Virus record (IMG/VR): IMGVR_UViG_3300020370_000003
Location: 17,399 to 81,398 of that record
DNA length: 64,000 nt
Direction: 5' to 3' (one strand)
Source: a virus
Each line of letters starts with the position of its first letter. Within the stretch, counting starts at the first letter, position 1. The notes under the pieces are model-generated. The model was not told the DNA's origin and searched no databases. It saw nothing but the letters and a program-made list of their open reading frames with translations. The translations under genes were made by a program, and so were the position numbers. This document shows positions 20,993 through 34,200 of the stretch, one piece after another.

Positions 20993-22219
20993 TTAACCGA
21001 TTACGTTGATTACGCCATTCATAGCAGCGTGTAATGTACACTGATAATAAAGAATAGCTGGGGCATCCATAGGAACAGTCCAATAAAGAACAGCAGTTCC
21101 ACTACCAGTTTGACCAGCAGTATATGGGTTACCACTCAAACCTTGACTACTCTGTATTCTAAATGGGTGTGCAGATGCTTGAACAGTATTATCAAAAGCA
21201 TATGTCATACCCTTCATAACAGAAAGAGTTGCATCAGCAGTTGCAGATGAAAATCCAGGTCCAGCAAATGTATAGTCAGATGAACCAGAAGCATTTACTT
21301 CCCACCAAGTAATAGGACTGCGTGTAACAACCCAATTAGTACCATTATAAAATAATGAATCTCCTTGCACTAAACCACCAACATCAGTATCTGTTAAAGC
21401 AGCAAATGTGGTAGTAAGAGTTCCAGAAAAATCTACTGTTAAAGTATCACCAACAACTGTTGTTGTTATATTAGTTCCACCAGCAACTGTTAATGTATCA
21501 ACTTGACTATTAGCAGTTGTAGACCCAGTATCACCAGCAACAGTAGCAAATAAGTTTACAGAACTAACTCCAGCAGCATCATCACCTGGTTTCCATTTAG
21601 CAGCAGTTGAATCCCATTTAAGAACTTGATTATTTGTAGGAGCAACAGTAGTTGTATCAATATCTGCTAATAAATCAACACTAGAATACTCAGTAATAAG
21701 TTTTGCTCTTACATCACCAACACCACCTGTAGTAATATTAATGTTAACATATGGATTATCATCACCATCTACAGTAAAGAAAAATCCACCATAAGCTGCA
21801 GCAGAAGGTGCATTACCCAATGCTGGAAATTCATTTTTGTAACCTATTCTCGTGGGGAAGTCAAAATCTCCAGTCGCACCATCAAAAGTAGCAGTAACAC
21901 CGCCAGCAGAGATAGTAACATCTCCTGTCCCATTGGGAGCGAGAGAAATGTTTCCATTACTTGAGGATATGATAGAATTTCCATTTACATCCAGTCCTGA
22001 TGTTAAAGTTGTAAGATCTGACGGTAAGAAATTACTACCATTATAGCGGAGAACTTGACCAACAGCAGGGTTTATGACACTAAGTTGTATATTAGTACCA
22101 TTACCAATTGCGGAATATATCTCATTGAAATTGTCGTTAATCTTGTCGCCTCCACCACGCAGGGTATCCCCTGTGTTATCATTAGCTACCGTACCAAGAT
22201 TTAGTGATTGTTTGGCCAT
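20993..22219 (-). CDS. gp9/gp10-like baseplate wedge tail-fibre connector with C-terminal plastocyanin-like domain
   Basis: N-terminus MAKQSLNLGTVANDNTGDTLRGGGDKINDNFNEIY is the T4 gp9/gp10 N-terminal motif; C-terminus HPF...YYQCTLHAAM. Confidence 0.8.
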   Translation of the reverse strand: MAKQSLNLGTVANDNTGDTLRGGGDKINDNFNEIYSAIGNGTNIQLSVINPAVGQVLRYNGSNFLPSDLTTLTSGLDVNGNSIISSSNGNISLAPNGTGDVTISAGGVTATFDGATGDFDFPTRIGYKNEFPALGNAPSAAAYGGFFFTVDGDDNPYVNINITTGGVGDVRAKLITEYSSVDLLADIDTTTVAPTNNQVLKWDSTAAKWKPGDDAAGVSSVNLFATVAGDTGSTTANSQVDTLTVAGGTNITTTVVGDTLTVDFSGTLTTTFAALTDTDVGGLVQGDSLFYNGTNWVVTRSPITWWEVNASGSSDYTFAGPGFSSATADATLSVMKGMTYAFDNTVQASAHPFRIQSSQGLSGNPYTAGQTGSGTAVLYWTVPMDAPAILYYQCTLHAAMNGVINVIG

Positions 22220-22239
22220 TACTCGCTACATTTTTTAGT

Positions 22240-22247
22240 TATTTATG
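22240..22247 (-). promoter_or_regulatory. T4-type late promoter (CATAAATA)
   Basis: Overlaps the stop of the giant ORF, about 21 nt upstream of the next ATG. Confidence 0.7.
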
Positions 22248-25200
22248 GTGTTTCAGGGTCTACTAACTCTTCACCATATTGTGAAAGGTCAGGAGCAGTC
22301 CAATCATCAGGAACTGATGTCTCAACCTCAATATTAGGATTTTGATATCCAGTACCTTGGTTATTAATAACAACTCCACCGACACCAACTAGTGCGTTAA
22401 TATCTCCTTCAAAACCAGATATAGAGTCAACTCTAACATTTGGTCTGCTTGTGTATCCAGATCCACCTGAAGTAACCTGTACACTATTAATAAATCCTGA
22501 AGTTAAATTTGCCTGTGCTTGTGCGTTCTGTCCGAACACAGAACCAAGATAGTCAAATGTAATTAGAGAGTTTGAAGACTCAATAACAGCAACCTCTCTG
22601 TCTGATGTCTCACCTTGGATGTCAATAAAGTCACCAGGTTCGATAGGTGGAATAACTTCAGCAGCATCAACGTCTGCCTCAGAACCAACGTAGGAGAATC
22701 CAACAAATGTAGAACCTACACGAGGAATCTCAGAGAAAATGATACGTGAACCAACCAATTCAAAACCAACGCCTGGTTCCTGAATAACACCGTTAAGTGA
22801 AACGATGATATTATTCTCAGGTCTGATAGTTGTGGACTGAACACCATCCGTAAGCGTTAGTGAGTAGAATACATCATTACGCTTGAGGTTGAATGACTGA
22901 CGTAAGGAGTCAAACTCGAATGAGATATCATCCAACTGTCTCAACTTACCTACGTAGAATCCTGTAAATGATGCTCCTAAATCTGGTGGTTCTGTGAACT
23001 GAATAGAATCAGAGAACGCTGTATAAGCAGAAGACGCACCAGGTGGTTGAAGAATACCATTAACAAATATAAGAAGATGTCCAGCTGGATCTGGTAGGTA
23101 CTGAGTACCATTACCAGTAGAGAGTTTGAATGTAGTTTGAACTCCATCAAATCCCTTAAATGCTCTCTTAACACGTGCGAGAAGTGGAACTTTATTTACC
23201 ACGATTGCCTTATAATCATCAGCACTGATAATTGCATCCTTAGTAACAAATGTTCCTTTGATATTACTTAGATAAACTCTCTTAAGAGTACCGCTATCAC
23301 GTATATCCTGAATTAAAGCTGAACCAGCACCAGGTGTGACAACCCTTGTAGTTACAGATGCGTAACCAACTGGGAAGTTATTTCCAACTCCATAATCACC
23401 TACGAGATCTCCATTTGTAAGAGGTGTTCCTTGGAAATCAGCAACATATAAGAAGTTGTTATCTAGATCAACTTCAGAAATTATTGCATAATTATCAAAG
23501 TCCTGTATACCACCAACAACCTTATAAAGTCTACTACCAACAGTAAATTCATTCAATCCACTAATGACTGTAATACCCAAGCGTGTATATCCAGCAGATG
23601 CGATTCTATCACCAACTGATATATCAAAACCATCAAACTTATTAACTTCAATATATTGTCTAGAAACTTCAGGATAAACAACAGAAGTTGTTTCAAATGA
23701 ACCTAATAGAGTTTCAGTATCAACTGTTAAAGTACCACCTGTATTATCAAGTACAGCAGCTTCTGTACGTATAAATTCGGTTGGAGTAGCAGTTGCACCA
23801 CTAGTGTATGCCTTAAATGGAACCGATGCCTCAAATGTACCCTTAAGGTCTATAATTTGAAGACGATCTGTAATTACACTAATCTGTCCTGTTGGTGGTA
23901 ATTGTGCTCTATCAGATTCAACTATATCAAGAGCTGCAAATGTACCAGCACTCATTATCACATCTACGTATCTGTAGTTCTCATCTTCCCATAATCCATG
24001 AACAGTTCCATTTACAGCATTATCAGATACCTTTCTAATAGTTTCACCTATCCAGAATGGTCCATCTGTTATCTCAGCATCAAATCGTAATCTCTGATAG
24101 ATGTTAACAATCTCACCTTCATTAACAGTCATAGTTTCTAATTCTGCATATGCACCACTATTAAATCCATACAAGTAATCAGAATCATTTAATCCACCAC
24201 CTAAACCAATTGGTACTTCTCTAGTTCCATATGTGTAGGTAGGCATACTAATACCATTGTTAACAGTGATATTAGTGTAGAATGTATCTAAACCTAGTTG
24301 TCCTTTTAGAATATCTAAGTTACTTCTGATACATCTAGTTACTGACTTATCGTTATAGTATGCAGAAGAGTTAGCATCAAAGTACTTAATATAACTTGCA
24401 GCAGGTGAAGGTGATGTGAGTGTATCACTTATTGCCTGACTTGCATAAGTTTCTAAAGCACTTAAAGCATAGGTCTTAACATTGTACTCAGTATCTGCGT
24501 AGAATATTTCACCAAGTTGAGAAGTGTATGGGTCAATAGTACCAACAGATAATTTAGCACCCCACATAAACATACCACTTGCACCATCACCCAAGTATGA
24601 TAAAGAATTAGTAGTATCATACATTAAGAATTGAGCACGTAATTCACTAAATCCAAAGGATATAGTTGTTGTAATATATGCTCTATACCATCCATTACCA
24701 TAAGGTACTGAACCATATGCATCACCACTTATACCACCTTGAGGTTGGAATAATGTTCCAGCAGTTCCTGTAGCAAGATCTAAGTCAAAGAATACATCTT
24801 GCTGACCAACTGTACCAGCATCCATAACAAGACCGAATCTAACTTTATTAAATTCATCTCCTTTAAAGAATACTGAGAATGTATATTGCTGATTATCATC
24901 ATCAGTAGCTGCTCCACCTTCGTCAAAACTATTGTTAGTATCATCAAACTTAATAGTTCCATCATCCCACGTATCATAAGATGTTAAACTATAGTTTCTA
25001 CTAGTATAGTGATAACCATTACTCTGATAAGCAATTAATTTTTCTGCAGTTTGTGTACCATCTGGTGCTTGTGCAAAATCATCACTAATAACAATATAAC
25101 CAGGAAGCCAATTAAATCTTATTTGCTCTGGATTTGAGAATAAGTTAGGTGCAGATACCTGACCTTGGATATTAGATTGTATATTCTTAGCAAAAGCAAT

Positions 25201-28200
25201 AGTTCTAACATTTGCTGGTTTGTTAAACCAAGTATATGGATAACCAACTCCACCCACTTTAACATTTGCTACAACACCAGAACGTGTTCCTTCTAGTCTA
25301 TCGTTTGCTTCCCAAGGAGAACCATACCATTTTCCAACAACTAAGAAACTACCTTCACTCTTATATTCAAGAACTACAGCAGATCCACCACCAGCTCTTT
25401 GACTGAATATCATCTCACCAACTTCAAAAGCACCAGTAACATTTTCAATTTCAATATTATGTGCTACTACTGTATCAGTAATATCAGTTGTAATTAAATC
25501 ATGTACTAAATTAGTAACAATGGTATTGAGCCAATCATCATACAACCAAACAGAAGAACCGAACTGCTGTGCTACAAGAGTTGTAATCTCTTCTTTATAG
25601 TAACTCTGGTTATAAAGTAAGTTCTTAGCAGCACCTCTCATTGCCAACTTACCAGGAGCAAGTATATTAAGAGCAATATCAACCAATTCTTTAAACCTAG
25701 TAACAACTGGGCTCATATCAACTGGTGTTAATCCATCTCTATATGCTTCTATAGTAGTATAGTTAAAGTTATATGCTGGAGGAACCTCATTAGAATCTTT
25801 AGTGTACAACCTATTAAGAATTGCATGCTCACCTAACCACTTCATCTGCTCAATAGCATATGTTGTTGCTAATAACTCATCTTCGATGAAGTTAATTTGC
25901 ATTGTAGTGGATAGATAATTTTCCATTGCAGCAATAGTGCTATTATTTCCACCTGTTTGTAAGTCAGAAATAATACCCAACATAATAAGAGATAGGTCAC
26001 GTTGACATGTTTGAACACCACCTGGTTCTGGATATAAGAATGCATTGTAGTAAGGACCACCTTCTGCTAATTGGAATTGGAATTCATTACTTACTAATGT
26101 TGTTATTTCATCAGCAATTGATTTTCTATTAAAGTATAATCTATCAGCAGATATTGCAAAGTCATTATTTGTAGGAGCAATGATATCATTAGCAGTTTCA
26201 ACTAAACTATCAATTGCTTCCTTAACATCAGCACAATCACCAGGAGAGACTATTCCAGCAGCAACTGCACTTACAAATGTATGTGCTTGAACATTAGTTG
26301 TAGCACCAACATTAAGTGTAATTGTTGTTGCATCAGCAGCAAGGATTTCCAAATTGCTACCAGACGCAGGGTCAGTTGATCTTGGATATGCAGCCTGAGA
26401 TGATGTAACTGCACTAACGTTAACTGTAATTGTTGTACCAGTTACAGCACTAATTGCTAGAACACCATTATTCATATCTGACGTATTAGTAGACGCAGGG
26501 TCAGTAGGACGTGGATATGGATGATTAGAAGAATGATTATCAGCATCACAAGTAAATGTAATTCCAAAATCAGCAATACTAATTGTATTACTTGTAGTCA
26601 AACTATGTGATCCAATTTCTAATTCTAAATTACCATTTGAAGGATTATATGTTGTTCCTGTTGCTGCAGTAAATGGTCCACCAGAGTCTGCAGTAATGGC
26701 ATCAGTAACACCACTTACAAAAGTATGAGTTCCTGTACCACCAGCACAACTGAATGTTAAAGAAGCATTTGCGACATTAACATATCTTCCAACTTCAAGA
26801 CTATGAGTTCCGATAGTTGCAACAAGAATACCAGTTGCAGGATCATAAGTTGCTGATGAAGCTGTAAATGTAGATGATGTTGATTGTGTAATACCCCAAT
26901 CACCAACTATAATTTTATCAGTATTATCATAAGTTAAATTACCAGTTATCGCTTGCTTCATGTAATGTGCAAGACGTAAATGTGCATATGCAGATTGGAA
27001 TAACTGTAAGCGAATATGTAAGATTACATCATTAGCACCAAGATATCTCCTAGCAACGTTAACTGTATTAAAGTTACCACCTTGTCTAAGGTCTTTAATA
27101 AATTCGGTAAGAATTAATGCTAAGTCAGTCTTACACTGTAAAGTACCATTTCCACTACCATCAGCATTTCTAGGCATATCCAGAACAAGATCTGGATATA
27201 AAGTCAACATATCATAAGATGCTTTATCTACAATAGGACCAGCATTTGCTTCTACTAGATCTGCAGCATCTTGGAATCTATACTTACCATTACTACCAAT
27301 TTGATTTGCATATATTATATCATCAGTAGAATTGTGTAATGAAACTGGGAATGTTTCTTCCAAATATGCATATACACGTCCACCAAGGAATTCATTATTT
27401 GGATCTGAAGATAATTTTGATACAGAACCAAGATGATCTATAGGTGATGGATTATTAGCATCTTCTAAAGTATCAGTAACTATATCAATTAAGTTTTCTA
27501 CAGTTGCTTGAACATCTACACAATCACCTACACTATAATCCATAACAGTAACACAATTAGTTTCTGCAGAAACAAAAGAATGCTTAGTTAAGAGCTTCTT
27601 AACTGCACCAGGGTCAGCACTTGAGAATGTGTGAGCACTTGCTGGTTGATAAGAAACATTATTGCTACTTGCATTACCAGTAAATGTATGTGCATAATCA
27701 CCACCAGTTACAACTGCTGCTCTCTTAATACAGTTAGTTGCATATGTTTTACCAGCTACGAATGTATGTGTAGTAACGTTAGTAGAAGGTGATATATCTA
27801 AAACTTGAACTTGGAAGGTATATGATGTCAATCCTGTAGATAGAACCTTCAACCACTTACCACTTGCAGGGTCAGTTGCTCTTGGATATCTGTGCTCAGT
27901 AGCATTACCGTCCTTAGTACATGTAAATGTTAATGAATTATCATCAAACTTAATATACTCACCTGCATCCATATTATGAACAACATTAGTTGTAACAGTC
28001 ATTATTCCTGTCCAACCACTATATGTTATTCCAGTTGGTGTGTACTTATCATATACTGTATAGAAAGCATGTTCTGTGGTATTACTAATAGCACCATTAG
28101 ATATATTAACAGTAACAGAAGTTGAAGTTGTGGCAGTAATAGGATGAGATTTATTATAACCCCAGTCACTTGTACGAGGATAGTAGTGAATAGTATTACC

Positions 28201-31200
28201 ACCATCTTGAGCACAAATAAATCCAAATGATTGTTTAGCAATTTTAATACCATCACCAACCTCAAGTTCATGAGCACCAATATCAATGGTCAACATTCCA
28301 GTAGTAGGATCATATGCTGTTGTTGAACCAGCTGCTAATGAAGGATTGTATCCTTTGATAGGAGACTTACCAACATTAACCTTAATCATACCATTCTGTG
28401 CTCTAACACCATTAGTTGCAGCACTTAAGAAAGCATGAGTAGAAGTATCTGAAGATATTCCTACATTAACATCAAATGTATCATTAGTCTTATTTGAAAT
28501 AGCTAACCATCTTCCACTTGAAGGGTCAGTTGCTCTTGGATACTTATGGTCCGATGTATATCCATCTAGGTTACATCTAAAAGTTAATGACTCATCAACA
28601 AGTTGGATGTAATCTCCATTATTAAGTCCATGAGCAGTCAATGTAATTGTCATTACACCTGTTGAAGGAACAAATGCAGCGTTACTAGCAGTACCTGAAC
28701 TATAATATACGTCAGTTACAGGAATTGATTTCTCAGCACCATAAGGATCTGTTGCACGTGGATATGTCTTAGTGGCAGTATTGCCATCCATATCACAAGT
28801 GAACTGTAAAGTATTATTCTGTATAACAATACTAGAACCTTTACGCATTCCATGTTGACCAATCGTTAAAGTCATATCACCTGTTGATGCATCGTAAGTA
28901 GCAGCAGATGGTGTAAATGTCTGATTAGTTCCAGGTGTACCTACATTAACTGTTATTGAAGTAGCATCTGTAGCAATAACTGGCAATTCTTTACCAGAAG
29001 TACGAACATCATGTCCAGGTCTAGGATAAGATTTAATGGACTGGTTATTGTCCATTGTACATGTAAATCTAATTGACTCATCTTCAATGATTACGAAATC
29101 ATCAGTTGTAATATCATGAGCAAGAAGGTTTATCTGTAAATTACCATTACTTGTATCGTATGTTGCAGTATCTGGATTGTATGGTTTATAATTTTTATTG
29201 AATGAAGTAGGACCAACATTAACAGTAAATGAGTTTGTATCAAACTTAGTAATTGGTAATACTTGCTTAGATGAAGGATCTGTAGTACGTGGATACGTAT
29301 GATTTGAAGCTCTATCATCATATTCACATGTCATGGTCAATCCATGATCATCAATAGCAATTGCTCTACCTTTCTTCTTAAAGCATCCACCCTTAGCACC
29401 TGTAAGAGTATGTGTATAAGCACCACCAGTTCTAATTACAGCACGAGTTAATCCATTTGTTACAGCAGATTGGAATTGGTGAGTGGTAGTATTAGAAGAA
29501 GTACCGACATTAACAACAAAGGTATCTTTAGTAACACTAGATACTTCCAAATATGTGTCGCTAGCTGGGTCAGAAGAACGTGGATATGTATGATCAGTCT
29601 GATAGTTATCTTGTAAACAACGGAATGTTATTGAACCATCGTCAAATTTAACCATGTCTCCATTTTCAAATCCATGATTAGGAACTGTTACAGTCATTAA
29701 ACCAGTTCCAGGAGTAAATGCAGCAGTAGTTATAGTGAACTTCTCACCACCAGTAACAAATTCATGTGTATAATCACCACCAACAGTAAATGCTTTATCT
29801 ACTGTTAGTCCACCCTTCCAAACGTGAGTATATTGTCCACCACACTTAATAGCATCTGCACTAGCAGATTGGAATACGTGAGTTGAAGTATTTGAAGATA
29901 TACCAACATCAACTGTAATTACACCAGTTGGTCTCTGCATACTGTTTGCAACAAAGTTTACAAAGGTATGAGTTGATGTATCACTAGACTTACCAATAAA
30001 GACATCAAATGTATTTGTCAGAACATTATCTAATGGTAACCACTCAAAGTAAGATGGGTCTGTACGTCTTGGATATGAATGGTTTGTAGCATCATCGTCT
30101 TTAGCACAAGTGAATGTTACTGCATTTTCGTCTAATCTAACCTTATCATTTGCCTTAATTAACCCATTAGCAACTGCTGATACCCATACGTGAGTTGTAT
30201 TATTAGAAATAGGTTGATCACCAAATGCACTTCCAACAGTCATACTGAAATCGTTAGCACTTGTGCGAAGAATTGGGAAGAATCTTCCACTAGCAAAATC
30301 ACTAGGTCTTGGATATGAATGGTTGGTAGAATTACCATCTTCAGCACAAGTAAAGACTAAAGAGTTATTAGCAATCTTAACCATGTCACCAGTTACAAAT
30401 CCATGATTAGCAGATGTTACAAATAGTTCACCTGTTGCTGGATTAAATGATGTACCACTTTCTGCAGTCTTTGTAGTTGGAGCAGTTAATCCATGACCAT
30501 CCATAGTTATGGTCATCATACCTGTAGTTGGATTATATGCTGCATCAGTTGGAGTATGAGTTGTAGTCTTAACATCCTGAACATAAGTTGCAGTATTGTA
30601 TGCATAGTCAGCACCACCAGGAGCATTAGAACCAGATGCACGAGGATATGTCTTATCTGTTGTCTGACCATCAAGATCGCAACGGAATGTTAATGAATCT
30701 TGCTCGATGTATACAGAATCACCAGCTCTTGTAATACCATTTTGAACACAACTTACAAATGTGTGAGTATAATCACCACCAGTAATTACAGCACCTGATA
30801 AAGATGAATGATAGTTATGAGTACCAGCATGACTAATTGCCGTATCTGGTGCTTCGTTAACGTTTACCGTAATGGTTGTTGCATCCTTAGCAGTAATATT
30901 CAATGAAGTATTGTATGCATAGTCTTGATTATCACTTGTATTAGCACCATATGATCTTGGATATGACTTCTGAGTAGAGAATCCATCTCCACCATAATCA
31001 CAAACAAATGTGATTGAATTATCTTTTAATCTTATACTAGTTCCAACTGAAAGACTATGTGTACCAATGGTAAGTACTAAGTCTCCAGATACAGGATCGT
31101 AGCTAGCATTAGAAACATCAAAGTCTAATTGTGGTGAAGTTCCTACGTTAACATCAAATGTATTATCAGTAACGTTAGAAATTAGCATCCACTCCCCAGA

Positions 31201-34200
31201 CTTAGGGTCAGTAGATCTTGGATAAGTATGCTCACTACCGTGTTGGTCTAATGAACATGTTAATGATATTGCATTATCAGCAACCTTAACCTTATCCCCT
31301 ATCATGAATCCATGATTAGGAATTGTAAGTGTCATTACACCAGTTGATGCAATGTAATTTACATCAGTTGCTGTATGAGTGGTAGAATCCTTAATCCAAT
31401 GATTACCAATAGTCAAGTCCATAATACCTGTCTCAGGTACATAGACAGCAGCAGAAGGTGTATATGCTGAGAACTTACTCTTACCAACATTAACAGTAAA
31501 GGCATTATTATTCTGCCTAATACCGTCAGCTAATCCAGAAACGAAGCTGTGTGTATAAGCACCAAATATAGTTCTACCAACAAATACATCAAATGTAGTG
31601 TTAGTTGAAGCTTCTACAACACTCCATCCTCTTCTAAACACTGGGTCAGTCTTACGAGGATATGCATGGTTTGTAGCATTACCATCTTTAGTACAACTAA
31701 AGGTAATAGCACCTTCTTCAAATCTAACTAACTCACCAGCAACTTTCATGCAAGGGTTAGTAGTTACACCAACACATGTATGCTCACTAAGGTCTTGAGA
31801 CTTACCAATAAACAAATCAAATGTATTATCAGTTCTATTCTGTGCAGGTAACCATTCATCTCTTGCAGGGTCACCTGAGCGTGGGTAGAAGTGGTCTGTT
31901 GTCTCATCATCCAATCCACAACGGAATATAAATGCACCATCATTAAGTCTAACAAGGTTACCATTGTATACCTGATGACCAGATGATGTAATAGTTAACA
32001 TTCCAGTAGCAGGGTCATAAGCAGCACCAGTACAATTTCTAGTACTTGGTGGGCTTAATAATGCACCGCAAGTAACAGTCATCATACCTGTTAATGGGTT
32101 GTATGATGCATCAGTTGCAGTCCTATTAATTTCAGAAATATTAGTAACTTCAACAGCAGTACCACGAGCAGGGTCAGTTAATCTTGGATATGCATGATCG
32201 GTTGCTTGACCGTCCATATTACATGCAAAGAGGAATGCCCCATCTCTAAGTCTAATGCTATCACCAACCATTAAATTCATATTTCCACCTAATCCAGGAG
32301 AACCAGGAGCAGAAGTGGTAATTACTAATGCACCAGTTACAGGAGTATAGTTTGCACTAGAAACATCGTATGCAATATTATGTGTCTTACCAACATCTAA
32401 AGTAATTGTATTATCCTTATGAATAATACCATTAGGATCTGCAGACTTAAATGTATGTAATGAAAGGTCAGTAGATATACCAACATTTACATCAAATGTA
32501 TTAGTAGTTACATTAACAATCTTATGTAACCTACCGCTAGTTGGGTCTGTAGAACGTGGATATCTATGTTGAGTTATGTTGTTGTCCAACAAGCACTCAA
32601 ATGTAAGTGAATCATCAGCAATACGAACTTTATCACCATGAGCAAATCCATGACTAAACACTGTAATTGTTAGTAAACCTGTTTCTGGTGTGTATGATGC
32701 ACCATTTGCAGTATGAGTAGTTCCTTCATATAGAATAGGAACACTATCCTGATAAATGAAATCATTCGCTCTTGGATATTTCTTAACAGACTGCAATCCA
32801 TCCATAGTACATCTGAATGGAAGACTACCTGTAGCAACCTTAATATTTGTACCAGCTCTCAATCTATGCTCACCAATAGTCATCTTAAGAAGACCTGTTG
32901 AACCACTGTATGTTGCAGCAGTAGGATTGAAAATTACGTCTGGTGTTTTACCAACATCAACTTGGAAAGTTGTTGAGTCAACAACAACAACATCTAACCA
33001 ACCTTGACTTGCATGGTCAGAAGCTCTTGGATACTTATGCTCAGACCTATTCTGATCCATAGTACAAGTAAATGTTAGAGACTCATCTTCAATTTGAAGT
33101 TTAGAACCTGCTGTAAGATTATGAGCACTACCAGTTGTACATGTAAGCATACCAGTAACAGGGTTATATCCACCACCATTAATTGATAATGATGTTTCAC
33201 TAAACAAACCATGTGATGCTTTTAATATTTTTAATTCGCCAGTTGCAGCATTATATTCTGCTCCTGAAGGTGTGAATTTAGATGCTGCATTACCACTAGA
33301 CTCTGTAATACTAGTATCAAATTTCTGCTTGTGTCCATGATGACCTTGAACATCCCAAGCATCATTGGTTATGATATATCTTAAAATTTGATTTAATTTA
33401 CCATATGTCCAAACAGTTTCTACAATTTCATTTTCAACGTTGAGTAATTTAACATTGTTTATATCTTCTCTGTCAACATAGTATGATGCAGCAGTCCAAA
33501 TCTTTTCATTACTACCATTACGTAAATCAGATGCAATAGACTTACAAATATCTTTAACATCATCTTGACAATTTACACTACCATTAATGACAGTGAAATC
33601 TGGGAATTTCTGTTCTAATAGATATACTGCCTCTTGAGCAATGAAGTCTAAGTTGGATTCAATCAATGTAGCAGCATTGTAATACCTGTTAGTATTTCCA
33701 ACAAAACCTCTAGAAACTGCTCTACCAACATTAACTGTAATTGTAGTACCAGTTACTGAATCAATTGTTAATGCTACTCCATGTGCAGGGTCAGTTGGTC
33801 TTGGATATCTATGCTCAGTTGTATGATTATCTTTATCACAAGTGAATGGTAACTTATCAGTACCAATAGTTACAGTATTAGATGTTGTAAAACTATGAGA
33901 TCCAATAGTCAATACTAAAACACCAGTCTCACCATTATACGTTGCATCAGTAACATCCTTTATAGTTCCATCGTTAAATGTAAGAGCAGCGTTTGAAGTA
34001 CCAGCTACAAATGTATGGTCACCAACATAACGAACAGTAGAAATTATAGCATCGTTATTGAAATATTCTCCCTTTGTGAATGACTCAGAACCAGACCAAT
34101 CTTGTACCCATTGCTGACCATCTTTACCATCAAAGTGAAGTAACATCTTAGTAGCACTATCACCTTGGAATATTCCAGCTAAAGGTGTAAATGCAGCTGC

